Made by a program: the position numbers and the translations under genes
Part shown: positions 18,257 through 26,113 of the stretch, piece after piece
Numbering within the stretch: position 1 is the first letter of the stretch
Layout of the letters: each line of letters starts with the position of its first letter
Source: Candidatus Saccharibacteria bacterium QS_5_54_17
GTDB taxonomy: Bacteria > Patescibacteriota > Saccharimonadia > QS-5-54-17
Direction: 5' to 3'
DNA length: 61,292 nucleotides
Assembly (NCBI GenBank): GCA_003022365.1
Contig: PXOU01000013.1
Location: forward strand, 1-61,292
The notes under the pieces: model-generated
Databases searched by the model: none
What the model saw: only the letters and a program-made list of their open reading frames with translations
What the model was told of the DNA's origin: nothing

Positions 18257-18748
18257 TCATCGACTATCACGCCCGAAGCTTCTGACAATGCTCCTGAAAA
18301 TTTTCTCATTGTCAGGCGTACGCGCTAAAAGCTGTAAGTTAATATACTCCTTATCATTTCTGTAGTATGCATTGCTTTCACCTCCGAAATATACGTCAAA
18401 ATTACCGATGCCGGATTGGATGGTTTCACACGCATCCGGATTAGAAGTACATACGTCTATACCTTGGGATCTTGAATCCTTGGCAGAGATGATAGTAACT
18501 ACTGGATCATCTTCCTGATTTAGCAAAACGATCTTCCTCCGGTCAGTAGTGGTTTTCCATGCCGGGGGATAGCGGAATGCGTAGGGTAGGTTTTCCACGG
18601 GCTGTATACGCCACCCCTGGGTATCAGCAAACTGTTGATTCTCTCGAGATTTTTGTAGCAGTAAGAGGCCACCTACAGCTATGAGTGCAAGCACGATAAC
18701 AATCATTGTCAGTATTTTCTTGTTATTTTTGATCTGCTGGATGGTCAT
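18257..18748 (-). CDS. Hypothetical N-terminally anchored secreted protein (163 aa)
   Basis: Single TM (ILTMIVIVLALIAVGGLLLL) followed by a soluble domain. It lies in a lower-GC stretch. Confidence 0.5.
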   Translation of the reverse strand: MTIQQIKNNKKILTMIVIVLALIAVGGLLLLQKSRENQQFADTQGWRIQPVENLPYAFRYPPAWKTTTDRRKIVLLNQEDDPVVTIISAKDSRSQGIDVCTSNPDACETIQSGIGNFDVYFGGESNAYYRNDKEYINLQLLARTPDNEKIFRSIVRSFGRDSR

Positions 18749-19006
18749 TTTCTACTCCTCGAAAAAGGACATATTTAGTCATTTTATTTCCCAAATCTTA
18801 TTGTATCTTACCGATACAGGGCGGTGATGGAAAACAGCAAGGTCGGCCCACGGGTTACCCGTATCTGGCCCGTGTCAACAATTTAGGCAATCACACCCAA
18901 TTTTAATCATAAAAATTTGACTTTTCCTGCGTTAGGTTATTGAATTTAGGAATGAGGACAACCGTCCTCGCACCTGCACCTGACACCTCCTCTAGAAAGG
19001 GTTGAA

Positions 19007-19630
19007 ATGAATACCGCAGCCCGCGCACTGGAGCTTCGAAACCAGGGTCGGTATCAGGAAGCCGACCGTTTGTTCCAGGATGCATACGAAGAAACGAGTG
19101 GCGGAATAGACGCGGCAGACCTGTTATTCAATTGGGCAGATGCGGTTCGCCGCCTGCCTGGTGGAGAAAAGCGGGCACGCGCCATGCTGGAGGAGGCCAC
19201 GGACATCTTGTGGCCTATCCGGTTCAATAACCGAAAGGTGTACGCGGCTTGCGTGCACCATAAGGCGCGGTTTCTGCGCAGTATCGGAGACACAGTAGCG
19301 GCACTAGGAGAGAGTGAAGACGCTTTGCGGCAAATTCGTCGCTTTACGTGTCGCAATCCGCTATTGTGGTTTTTCCCGCACATAGACAATCTAACAATTC
19401 GGTTGGATGTCTCTTCCATCCGTGCTATAAACGGATATTCGTGGAAGGCACGGACAATCGGATTGAGTGCTTTAGTCTGGGCTTTCCATCCATGGCTATG
19501 GATGAAGCGCCAAGTAGGTCCGAAGCATGTAGTTCGGGCGGGTATTCTGCTCACGTATGCCGGGAATCCGTTCCGGAGCGAATCGCGTGTTCAAGGCGCG
19601 TTTTTCGGCAATACAGCCAGAAGGAGGTGA
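19007..19630 (+). CDS. Hypothetical protein (207 aa), TPR-like N-terminal helices
   Basis: This is the longest frame in a lower-GC segment. LRNQGRYQEADRLFQDAYEE looks TPR-like, while the C-terminal half is less convincing. Confidence 0.4.
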   Translation: MNTAARALELRNQGRYQEADRLFQDAYEETSGGIDAADLLFNWADAVRRLPGGEKRARAMLEEATDILWPIRFNNRKVYAACVHHKARFLRSIGDTVAALGESEDALRQIRRFTCRNPLLWFFPHIDNLTIRLDVSSIRAINGYSWKARTIGLSALVWAFHPWLWMKRQVGPKHVVRAGILLTYAGNPFRSESRVQGAFFGNTARRR

Positions 19631-19733
19631 TATACAGGGAGTAAAGCAACCGTTTTGCTCTAGCAGCACGGAGCCCACATTTGGCCGTATATTCGGCTTT
19701 AAATCCCTGGGCTCCAGTTTCTTACCATAATTT

Positions 19734-20392
19734 TTATTGCTTCCAGTCACCGCTGTTGAGCCGATTCCGGCCGAAACGATGCCAGTCGTGGGGATCCGAG
19801 TCTTGTATTTCTTGCCACATCGCATAGGCGGTATCGGTGTAGAGTTTGTTTTCGCTGACTTGTTTTCGCGGGGCATGGAAAGATTCGCCGACCGTATTGC
19901 CCATGGCGCTTTGTTCGCGCAACTCGAAATCAATATCCAAATTATCCGCGTCCTTGACGATTTTTGCCTCCATGCTTTGGCGGTCTTCATATTCCTGCCA
20001 CAAAGAGAGAAATTCTTCTTCAAGTGCCGTATCGGCCAGCATATCCTTGATACCCAATTCCTCATTCCGCTCGGTGTATTGCCGGGAAACGTAATGTACG
20101 TCGCCTGCTCTGCTTTCGGCGATATCGTGCACCAAGGCCATTTTTACAACTTTTTCAGTGTCCTCAATGCCTTCTTTGGCGGCGATCATCAAAGCCAGCC
20201 ACGTGACCGGAAGTGGTGTTCGGCCAGATTGGCGACGTTAGGGCTTAAGAACTGTACCCAGCTGCGCTTAATGAAACGCAACGTGCCGACTTCGTATAAA
20301 AACTCCATATCCCGTTTCATATATGAGCATTGTAGCGTAGAAAACCAAGAATCCAATAATTTGCCGGTCCCGCTACCCGCGGATTTACGCAT
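19734..20392 (-). pseudogene. HD-domain phosphohydrolase (YfbR-like) interrupted by a 1-nt frameshift
   Basis: The upstream ORF ends ...NLAEHHFR (the first His of the HD domain). The downstream ORF continues VTWLALMIAAKEG...MALVHDIAESRAGD in the -1 frame. The frames meet near 20207-20209. Confidence 0.6.
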
Positions 20393-20436
20393 ACTCCATA
20401 CCTAATACGTCACACCTCATACGTTATACTACGGCT

Positions 20437-21369
20437 ATGATTTACCTATTCCATGGGGAGAATACCTACGCGGCCAAGCGGCAGGTTCATAAGTTGATGG
20501 GTCGATATAAAGACAGTACCGGTTCCGACTTCGGCCTGCATCGGTTCAGCGAAGCGGATGAACCGGAGGCGGTCATCCAGGCCATCACGGCCGTGCCCAT
20601 GTTCAGCTCCAGTAGTCTGGTTATTATCGAAAATCCCAGCCAATCCAAACCACTCATGGACGCCTTATCACCTAAACTGGAACACGTGCCTGATGAAACG
20701 GTGGTTGTCATTCACGATCCGGATATCGACAAGCGGACCAGCTGGTTCAAAACGCTGCAGAAGCAGGCGACCGTCAAAGAGTTTACCGCCAAGTCACGGG
20801 CGCAACTCTTAAAATGGATCCCCAAAGCTGCCCAGATACATGGCAGCACCATCAACAAAGAAGCAGGGGAACTGTTGCTGGAATACACCGGCGAAGATGA
20901 GCGCCGGCTGGAGCAGGAGATTGCCAAACTGGCCGATTCGGGCGATCCCATCGATGCGGAGCGGGTCCGGACGCTGGTCCGGCCCAACCCGCGCCAGACT
21001 ATCTTTACCCTGCTTGACGCGCTCAGCGGGGGAGATATAGAGAGCGCGCTCCAGTATTTGGATGACTTACGTTCCCAGAACATCCATGAACTGGAGATTC
21101 TGGCCATGCTGGGGTGGCAAGTGCGGGTGTTTCTGGTGGTGGCCAGCGCGGATTCGGTGAGTGACCAGCAACTGGCGAGCGATTTCGGCATGAAGCCCTA
21201 CACCATACAGAAAGCCAAACCCATCGCCAAGCGGGTGCCGGTCGACACCCTGCAAAACGCCTACCAGCAAATCATCGCTACTGACTACGCCATCAAAACC
21301 AGCCAGCATGAGCCCCGCGTCTTACTGGAACAATTGCTCGCGCAGCTGCATGATTATTTGCGTCAATAA
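20437..21369 (+). CDS. holA: DNA polymerase III delta subunit
   Basis: 310 aa. The MIYLFHGENTYAAKR start and overall helical architecture fit HolA. A TATACT box ends 6 nt before the ATG. Confidence 0.7.
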   Translation: MIYLFHGENTYAAKRQVHKLMGRYKDSTGSDFGLHRFSEADEPEAVIQAITAVPMFSSSSLVIIENPSQSKPLMDALSPKLEHVPDETVVVIHDPDIDKRTSWFKTLQKQATVKEFTAKSRAQLLKWIPKAAQIHGSTINKEAGELLLEYTGEDERRLEQEIAKLADSGDPIDAERVRTLVRPNPRQTIFTLLDALSGGDIESALQYLDDLRSQNIHELEILAMLGWQVRVFLVVASADSVSDQQLASDFGMKPYTIQKAKPIAKRVPVDTLQNAYQQIIATDYAIKTSQHEPRVLLEQLLAQLHDYLRQ

Positions 21370-21382
21370 AAATGATAGAGGA

Positions 21383-21850
21383 GTGTCATTCCTGAATTGT
21401 CATTCCTGAAACAAGTTCAGGACAGGCTCTGAATTTATTTCAGGATCTATTTTAGGACCAGATTCCGAACCAAGTTCGGAATGACAAAAAGAGAGGAACC
21501 CCTCCTTTTGCAAGGACCGTCCTTGCAATACATAGAATTGCTGCATAAAGCTTTTATTGAGCCAATCTTGCAAGGACGGTCCTTGCAATTGCGTGTCACT
21601 TCTCCTGCTTGCTTCTTGTTCCTGTCATCCTGAATTTATTTCAGGATCTATTTTAGGATCAGATTCCGAACTAAGTTCGCAGTGGCGGAGGAGGGCTCGG
21701 AATGGCAAAGAAGCTTCGCATTTTCCCACTTACTGCTTACTCCTTGCTGCTTGCTTCCCGTTCTTTACTCCCTGTCTGCTGTCTGCTGTCTACCGCCTAC
21801 TGTTACCTGCTTACTCCTTACTTCCTGCTGCTTGCTTCCCGTTCTTTGCT
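21383..21850. repeat. Mosaic hairpin-repeat cluster 7
   Basis: Contains hairpin modules and the TTGCAAGGAC..GTCCTTGCAA pair (21508-21588) in reversed context. Long CT-rich tracts follow. The right end overlaps the last codons of rpsT. Confidence 0.85.
21508..21588. repeat. 21-bp inverted repeats flanking a 39-bp spacer (copy B; spacer inverted relative to its flanks)
   Basis: The flanks are the reverse complement of those at 51621-51702, but the spacer TACATAGAATTGCT..CCAATC is in the same absolute orientation. Confidence 0.85.
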
Positions 21851-22168
21851 GCCGGCGGTTTGTTTCTGACTGCTACCGGAAGTTGACTTGGTTTTGGTGG
21901 TGGAAGCGAACGCTTGCTCCAGTTGCCGGTTCAGCCGGGATTTTTTCCGGGCGGCGGTGTTCTTTTTGATGACACCCTTTTTGACCGCTTTATCGATGGC
22001 TTTCTGGGCGGTTTTGGCGTGCTCCCGGACCTGCTGTTGCTGCCCGGTGGCAATCGCGTCATAACTGTCCTTGATGGCTTGGCGCATGGCGCGCTTGGCG
22101 TTTAAGTTTTCCCGGTACCGGGAGGTATTCTGTCGCATCCGTTTTTGGGCGGATTTGATATTCGGCAT
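21818..22168 (-). CDS. rpsT: 30S ribosomal protein S20
   Basis: MPNIKSAQKRMRQN start. At 116 aa it is about 25-30 aa longer than usual. The last codons and the stop lie in an AAG-rich repeat module. Confidence 0.9.
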   Translation of the reverse strand: MPNIKSAQKRMRQNTSRYRENLNAKRAMRQAIKDSYDAIATGQQQQVREHAKTAQKAIDKAVKKGVIKKNTAARKKSRLNRQLEQAFASTTKTKSTSGSSQKQTAGSKEREASSRK

Positions 22169-22318
22169 AAGGACTCCTCTTGGTTCAAACTCAGAATATA
22201 CGGGTTACAGCGGTGTTTGTAAAGGAAGACGGGAAGGATGAGGTGTCTCCATCCATCCCACTTTGGCGCTTGCTCGGCGGGCTACACTCTCGAGTCCGTG
22301 CGGGGTGTGGTAATCTGA

Positions 22319-22347
22319 TTGACAAAACAGGGGAGCTAGCGTAGCGT
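22319..22347 (+). promoter_or_regulatory. Candidate sigma-70 promoter giving a leaderless mRNA
   Basis: TTGACA (22319-22324), a 17-nt spacer, then TAGCGT (22342-22347). The ATG at 22355 begins 7 nt after the -10 box. Confidence 0.55.
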
Positions 22348-22354
22348 AAGAATT

Positions 22355-24313
22355 ATGGACGATAACAAAAATCAAGGCGAGGCGCCCTCGATTAAACAGC
22401 AGCTGGTGGAAACGCTCCGAGGTGCTGACAGTGTCGTCATCACCACCCAGGACACCCCCGGAAAAGACGCGTTTGCCGCGGCCATCGGGCTGCATTTATT
22501 GCTGGAGAAGTTGGACAAAGTAGCCGAGGTGGTGATTACCGCCGATGTCCCGAGCCAACTCCAGTTCTTACCGGCCGATTTCATAAATAAAGAACTGCAG
22601 GGACAGCGGGATTTCGTGATAGAGCTGGATCAGTCCCGGGCGGAAGCCGACTCGCTCAAATACGTCAACGAAAACAACACGCTCAAAGTATACATCACGC
22701 CCTACAACGGGTCGTTCACCGGAGATGATGTCTCCTTCAGCTACGGCGACTACCATTGCGATGCCATTATTGGCCTCGGGGCGCACGAGGCGAGTGATTT
22801 GACCGAGAAGGTTACCGGCGAGCAGAAATTGATCCATAATGCTGCCTTTCTGTTGATTAATCCCGGTCCCGGCGGCCCGGGAAGCGGCGACGCGCTCAAC
22901 TGGAACGATCCTAACGCCGGCTCTATCTGTGAAATGGTGATGAGTATGTCCGAGGCGCTGGGGAGCGGTATGCTGGATGAAGACATCGCCACGGCGCTGA
23001 TGACCGGTATTGTGGAGCGGACCCAGCACTTTACCAACCAAACCACTACGCCCAAGGTCATGACTATGTCGGCCCAACTGTTAGCCGCTGGCGCCCGGCA
23101 ATCCCAGATCGTGGAGCAGTTGTCCAAACCGGACCAACCGGCCGCGGGAACACAACACGGATCCGGGGATGCCGGACAGGCTCAGAATCCTCAGCAATCA
23201 TCGGAGGCCGACCGGCCGCCCAATGAATTCCAAATCCGGCAGCCCAAATCCAGCCAATCGAGTGCCGGGAGCCAAGCACAGCAGAGTCAAGACCAATCCT
23301 CAGAAGTTTCCATCCGTGGCGGGAGCGGGCAGTCTTCCGAGGGGAGCCAGTCGTCACAAACCTCACAAATTGAAAGCTCCCCGTCGACGGCGGGCTCGGC
23401 TTCCGAGGGGCAGAGCCAGTCGACCCAGGAGCAGACGCAGCAGAGCGCGTCTCCGTATACGGCCGCCAGTAGTCAACGAGCTGCTTCCGCTGCTACCTCC
23501 CAGTCAGCCCAGTCAGCTCAATCGTCGCAAGCGGGCACTACGCAGGGCGGAAGTACGGGCGCCTACTCCCAGTCCCAACCTGCAGCTCAATCCCAGCAGC
23601 AAGGCCAATCGGGGCAGCAAGCCGGGCAGCAAGCTCAGCAACAAGCCCAGGCCCAGCAACAAGCCCAATCCGGTTCGTCCGGCAGCGGGGCTCAAACCGG
23701 CCAGGCGGCATCGTCGGGGCAGTCCGCTACACAAGGTCAGCAGTCCCAAGGTCAACAGCCTCAAGGGCAGCAGTCCCAAGGTCAACAGGCCCAATCAGGG
23801 CAATCCGGTCAACAAGCCGGTCAACAAGCCTCCGGGGCGAGACAGGCCAGCTCACAGCAAGCAACCAGCGGGTCTTCCCAGACCGGGAGTGCAGCCAGCA
23901 CCCAGGGTTCCGGGGTACGCGATCCCCAGAGCCAGGGAGCAAGCATCCAAACTCCGGACGAAAGTTCCGGCTACCCGTCCAGTCAGGGTGGTCCCCAAGC
24001 CGGGAGCGGGCAGCAGTCGTCCCAGAGCGCCGGCTCCCAAAATTCGACCGCCAGCCAGGGGCAACAACAATCGAGCGGGCAATCGCAACAGGCAGCTGGG
24101 GCTCAGCAATCTCAGGGCTCGTCCGCTACGGGGCAACAACAGGGCGCTGCCCAGCAGGCACAAACCGGGCAGTCGGATTCCTCACAAGGCGGAGGTCAGC
24201 AGAATCAACAGTCCAGTGAACAGGCGAGCGGTTCGGACTTGGAAGCGGCCCGTCAAGCGGTCGAAGAAGCCCAGCAGCAACAAAACCAATCAGAGCAGCA
24301 GGGTTCCCAATAA
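22355..24313 (+). CDS. DHH-like (NrnA-related) domain with degenerate catalytic motifs fused to a ~390-aa Gln/Ser/Gly-rich tail
   Basis: The N-terminal ~260 aa align by eye to the DHH fold (ICEMVMSM..DIATALMTGIVERTQHFTN). Motif I reads TQDTPGKDAF and the DHH motif reads GAH. From about 23147 the sequence is low-complexity Q/S/G/A. Confidence 0.7.
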   Translation: MDDNKNQGEAPSIKQQLVETLRGADSVVITTQDTPGKDAFAAAIGLHLLLEKLDKVAEVVITADVPSQLQFLPADFINKELQGQRDFVIELDQSRAEADSLKYVNENNTLKVYITPYNGSFTGDDVSFSYGDYHCDAIIGLGAHEASDLTEKVTGEQKLIHNAAFLLINPGPGGPGSGDALNWNDPNAGSICEMVMSMSEALGSGMLDEDIATALMTGIVERTQHFTNQTTTPKVMTMSAQLLAAGARQSQIVEQLSKPDQPAAGTQHGSGDAGQAQNPQQSSEADRPPNEFQIRQPKSSQSSAGSQAQQSQDQSSEVSIRGGSGQSSEGSQSSQTSQIESSPSTAGSASEGQSQSTQEQTQQSASPYTAASSQRAASAATSQSAQSAQSSQAGTTQGGSTGAYSQSQPAAQSQQQGQSGQQAGQQAQQQAQAQQQAQSGSSGSGAQTGQAASSGQSATQGQQSQGQQPQGQQSQGQQAQSGQSGQQAGQQASGARQASSQQATSGSSQTGSAASTQGSGVRDPQSQGASIQTPDESSGYPSSQGGPQAGSGQQSSQSAGSQNSTASQGQQQSSGQSQQAAGAQQSQGSSATGQQQGAAQQAQTGQSDSSQGGGQQNQQSSEQASGSDLEAARQAVEEAQQQQNQSEQQGSQ

Positions 24314-24478
24314 AAGGCTGCCCATAACAATTCCAACCCCGTATCTTTTATACACAACTCACGACCCGGGTTTTGTATAAAAGGTATTGCCTGGATTTGA
24401 ATGCCTGCTTGGTCGCTCAATTTTAATCTTCTGTTTCTGCTTTACTCGTTACTCGTCGCCTTTTAAGCTGGTAGTGAT

Positions 24479-25252
24479 ATGGACGGTCTACTACTGATCG
24501 ACAAACCCCAGGGGTGGAGCAGTTTCGACGTAATTCGGAAGTTACGGGGAACGTTTGGCGCGGATGATAAAGCAGGGAACGCGGGCAACCAAAACACGGG
24601 TAAAGATGGCAAGCGGACGTCCCAACCGGGAGCTCGGCCTCCCAAAATGGGGCACGCGGGGACGCTCGACCCCATGGCGACCGGGCTTTTGATGGTACTC
24701 GTCGGCCGGGCGACTAAACAGCAGGATCAGTTCATGGGTTTGGAAAAAACCTATCAGGCCGAGGTTACGCTGGGAGCCACCAGTACTACCGATGACGCCG
24801 AGGGCACCATATACCCCGCGCAGGATCAGCCGGCCAATAGTGAGTCCCCGCCAAACCCGCAACCGGAAGAAAAACAGGTGCGAAAGCTATTGGAGCAATT
24901 TCAGGGCACGATTGGGCAAGTGCCGCCGCAGTACTCGGCGATTAAGGTGGATGGCCAGCGGGCGTACGCCCTGGCTCGGGACGGAGCAGAAGTAGAGTTG
25001 GAGCCCCGCTCAGTGGTGGTGCATGAGATGTCAGCGGTAGTGTATCAGTATCCCACCCTCCGCTTTATGGCTCGGGTGTCCAGCGGCACCTATCTGCGCA
25101 GTCTGGCCCGGGATATCGGTCAAGAACTTGGCACCGGCGGGTACCTGAGCAGCTTGCGCCGGGTGGCGATCGGGGATTACTCGGTGGAAGCGGCGGTTTC
25201 CCCGGAAGCTGGCAAAGAACAACTTTCCGCCGCGATCCGCCCCACTCATTAA
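24479..25252 (+). CDS. truB: tRNA pseudouridine-55 synthase
   Basis: GLLLIDKPQGWSSFDV and GHAGTLDPMATGLL contain the catalytic Asp motif. A ~30-aa low-complexity insertion separates them. Confidence 0.9.
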   Translation: MDGLLLIDKPQGWSSFDVIRKLRGTFGADDKAGNAGNQNTGKDGKRTSQPGARPPKMGHAGTLDPMATGLLMVLVGRATKQQDQFMGLEKTYQAEVTLGATSTTDDAEGTIYPAQDQPANSESPPNPQPEEKQVRKLLEQFQGTIGQVPPQYSAIKVDGQRAYALARDGAEVELEPRSVVVHEMSAVVYQYPTLRFMARVSSGTYLRSLARDIGQELGTGGYLSSLRRVAIGDYSVEAAVSPEAGKEQLSAAIRPTH

Positions 25253-25257
25253 CAGAC

Positions 25258-25455
25258 CTTAATATGAAAGAAACGTATTGCACACCTCCTTGTTGTTTAC
25301 TGCAGGGGAGGTATTTAGTAAGCCGAAAGACGAGGCGGATGGGTCTTAGGAAGTGCCGATAAAAGCGTGTTATCCCTACCTCTCCGCTTCGTCACTGCGA
25401 ATTTATTTCGGAATCCGGTCTTAAAACAGATCCTGAAATAAATTCAGGATGACAA
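25258..25455. repeat. Mosaic hairpin-repeat cluster 8
   Basis: A start-module variant at 25258 lies 6 nt after the truB stop. It is followed by the CACCTCC..GGGAGG hairpin and ATCCTGAA/TTCAGGAT. Confidence 0.8.
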
Positions 25456-25557
25456 TGTAACCCGGCCACTCCCGTCGCCGAAAAGCTCATGCTTGCCGCT
25501 TTTGCACGTGCATGCTATTGTGCCCATTCATTCAAATCTGCTAATATACAGCTGAGT

Positions 25558-25824
25558 ATGGTGGAAACACAGGACAAACAAGACATCGTCGCCAAGCAGG
25601 GCGCCCACAAGGACGACACGGGTTCTTCCCGGGTGCAGATCGGCATTTTAACCGAGCGGATCAAATCGTTGACGGAACATGTCAAGTTTCACAGGCACGA
25701 TCATCATTCCCGTCGCGGGTTGCTCCAGATGGTTGGTAAGCGCCGGCGCCTGCTTGATTATTTGCGGCGTAAAGATCCGGATGCCTACCAGAACATTATC
25801 AAGGAATTCGGCCTGCGGCGGTAA
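25558..25824 (+). CDS. rpsO: 30S ribosomal protein S15
   Basis: 88 aa from the internal Met. [35 protein letters not shown] is canonical S15. Confidence 0.9.
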   Translation: MVETQDKQDIVAKQGAHKDDTGSSRVQIGILTERIKSLTEHVKFHRHDHHSRRGLLQMVGKRRRLLDYLRRKDPDAYQNIIKEFGLRR

Positions 25825-25832
25825 GGTGGATC

Positions 25833-26083
25833 GTCACTCTGAATTTGTTGGGGAATCGGTTCTGATTTTGAAACAGATCCGGAAACCGATCCTGAAACAA
25901 GCCTGCCTGCCGGCAGACAGGTTCAGGATGACATCTTCAGGATGAGGCGAACAAGAAGCAGGAAGTAAGAAGTAAGTAGGGAAATGCAAATCCTCTCTGT
26001 CACTGCGAACCCCCTCCATCACTCCGAAGACCCGGACCCCGCCCGCACTGAGCAAAGTCGAAGTGATCCGGGATCCTTTTCGG
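25833..26083. repeat. Mosaic hairpin-repeat cluster 9
   Basis: Contains the CCTGCCTGCCGGCAGACAGG palindrome, an AAG-rich tract, and the GGACCCCGCCCGCACTGAGCAAAGTCGAAGTGATCCGGGAT module. Confidence 0.85.
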
Positions 26084-26113
26084 AAACTGCGGGCTGATAT
26101 AAGAAAGGAGTTT

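Noticed and set aside
19496-20405. ORFs 19496-20065 (-) and 19737-20405 (+) overlapping the HD gene
   Set aside because: Only the frame pair 19734-20192 / 20189-20392 carries HD-domain motifs. The others are overlapping frames without motifs.
23169-24380. 403-aa Arg/Pro/Lys-rich ORF in an alternative frame of the Q-rich gene, plus minus-strand ORFs across 23064-24163
   Set aside because: This is a frame artefact of the low-complexity CAG/CAA/GGC-rich DNA. The annotated frame is continuous with the DHH-like domain and its promoter.
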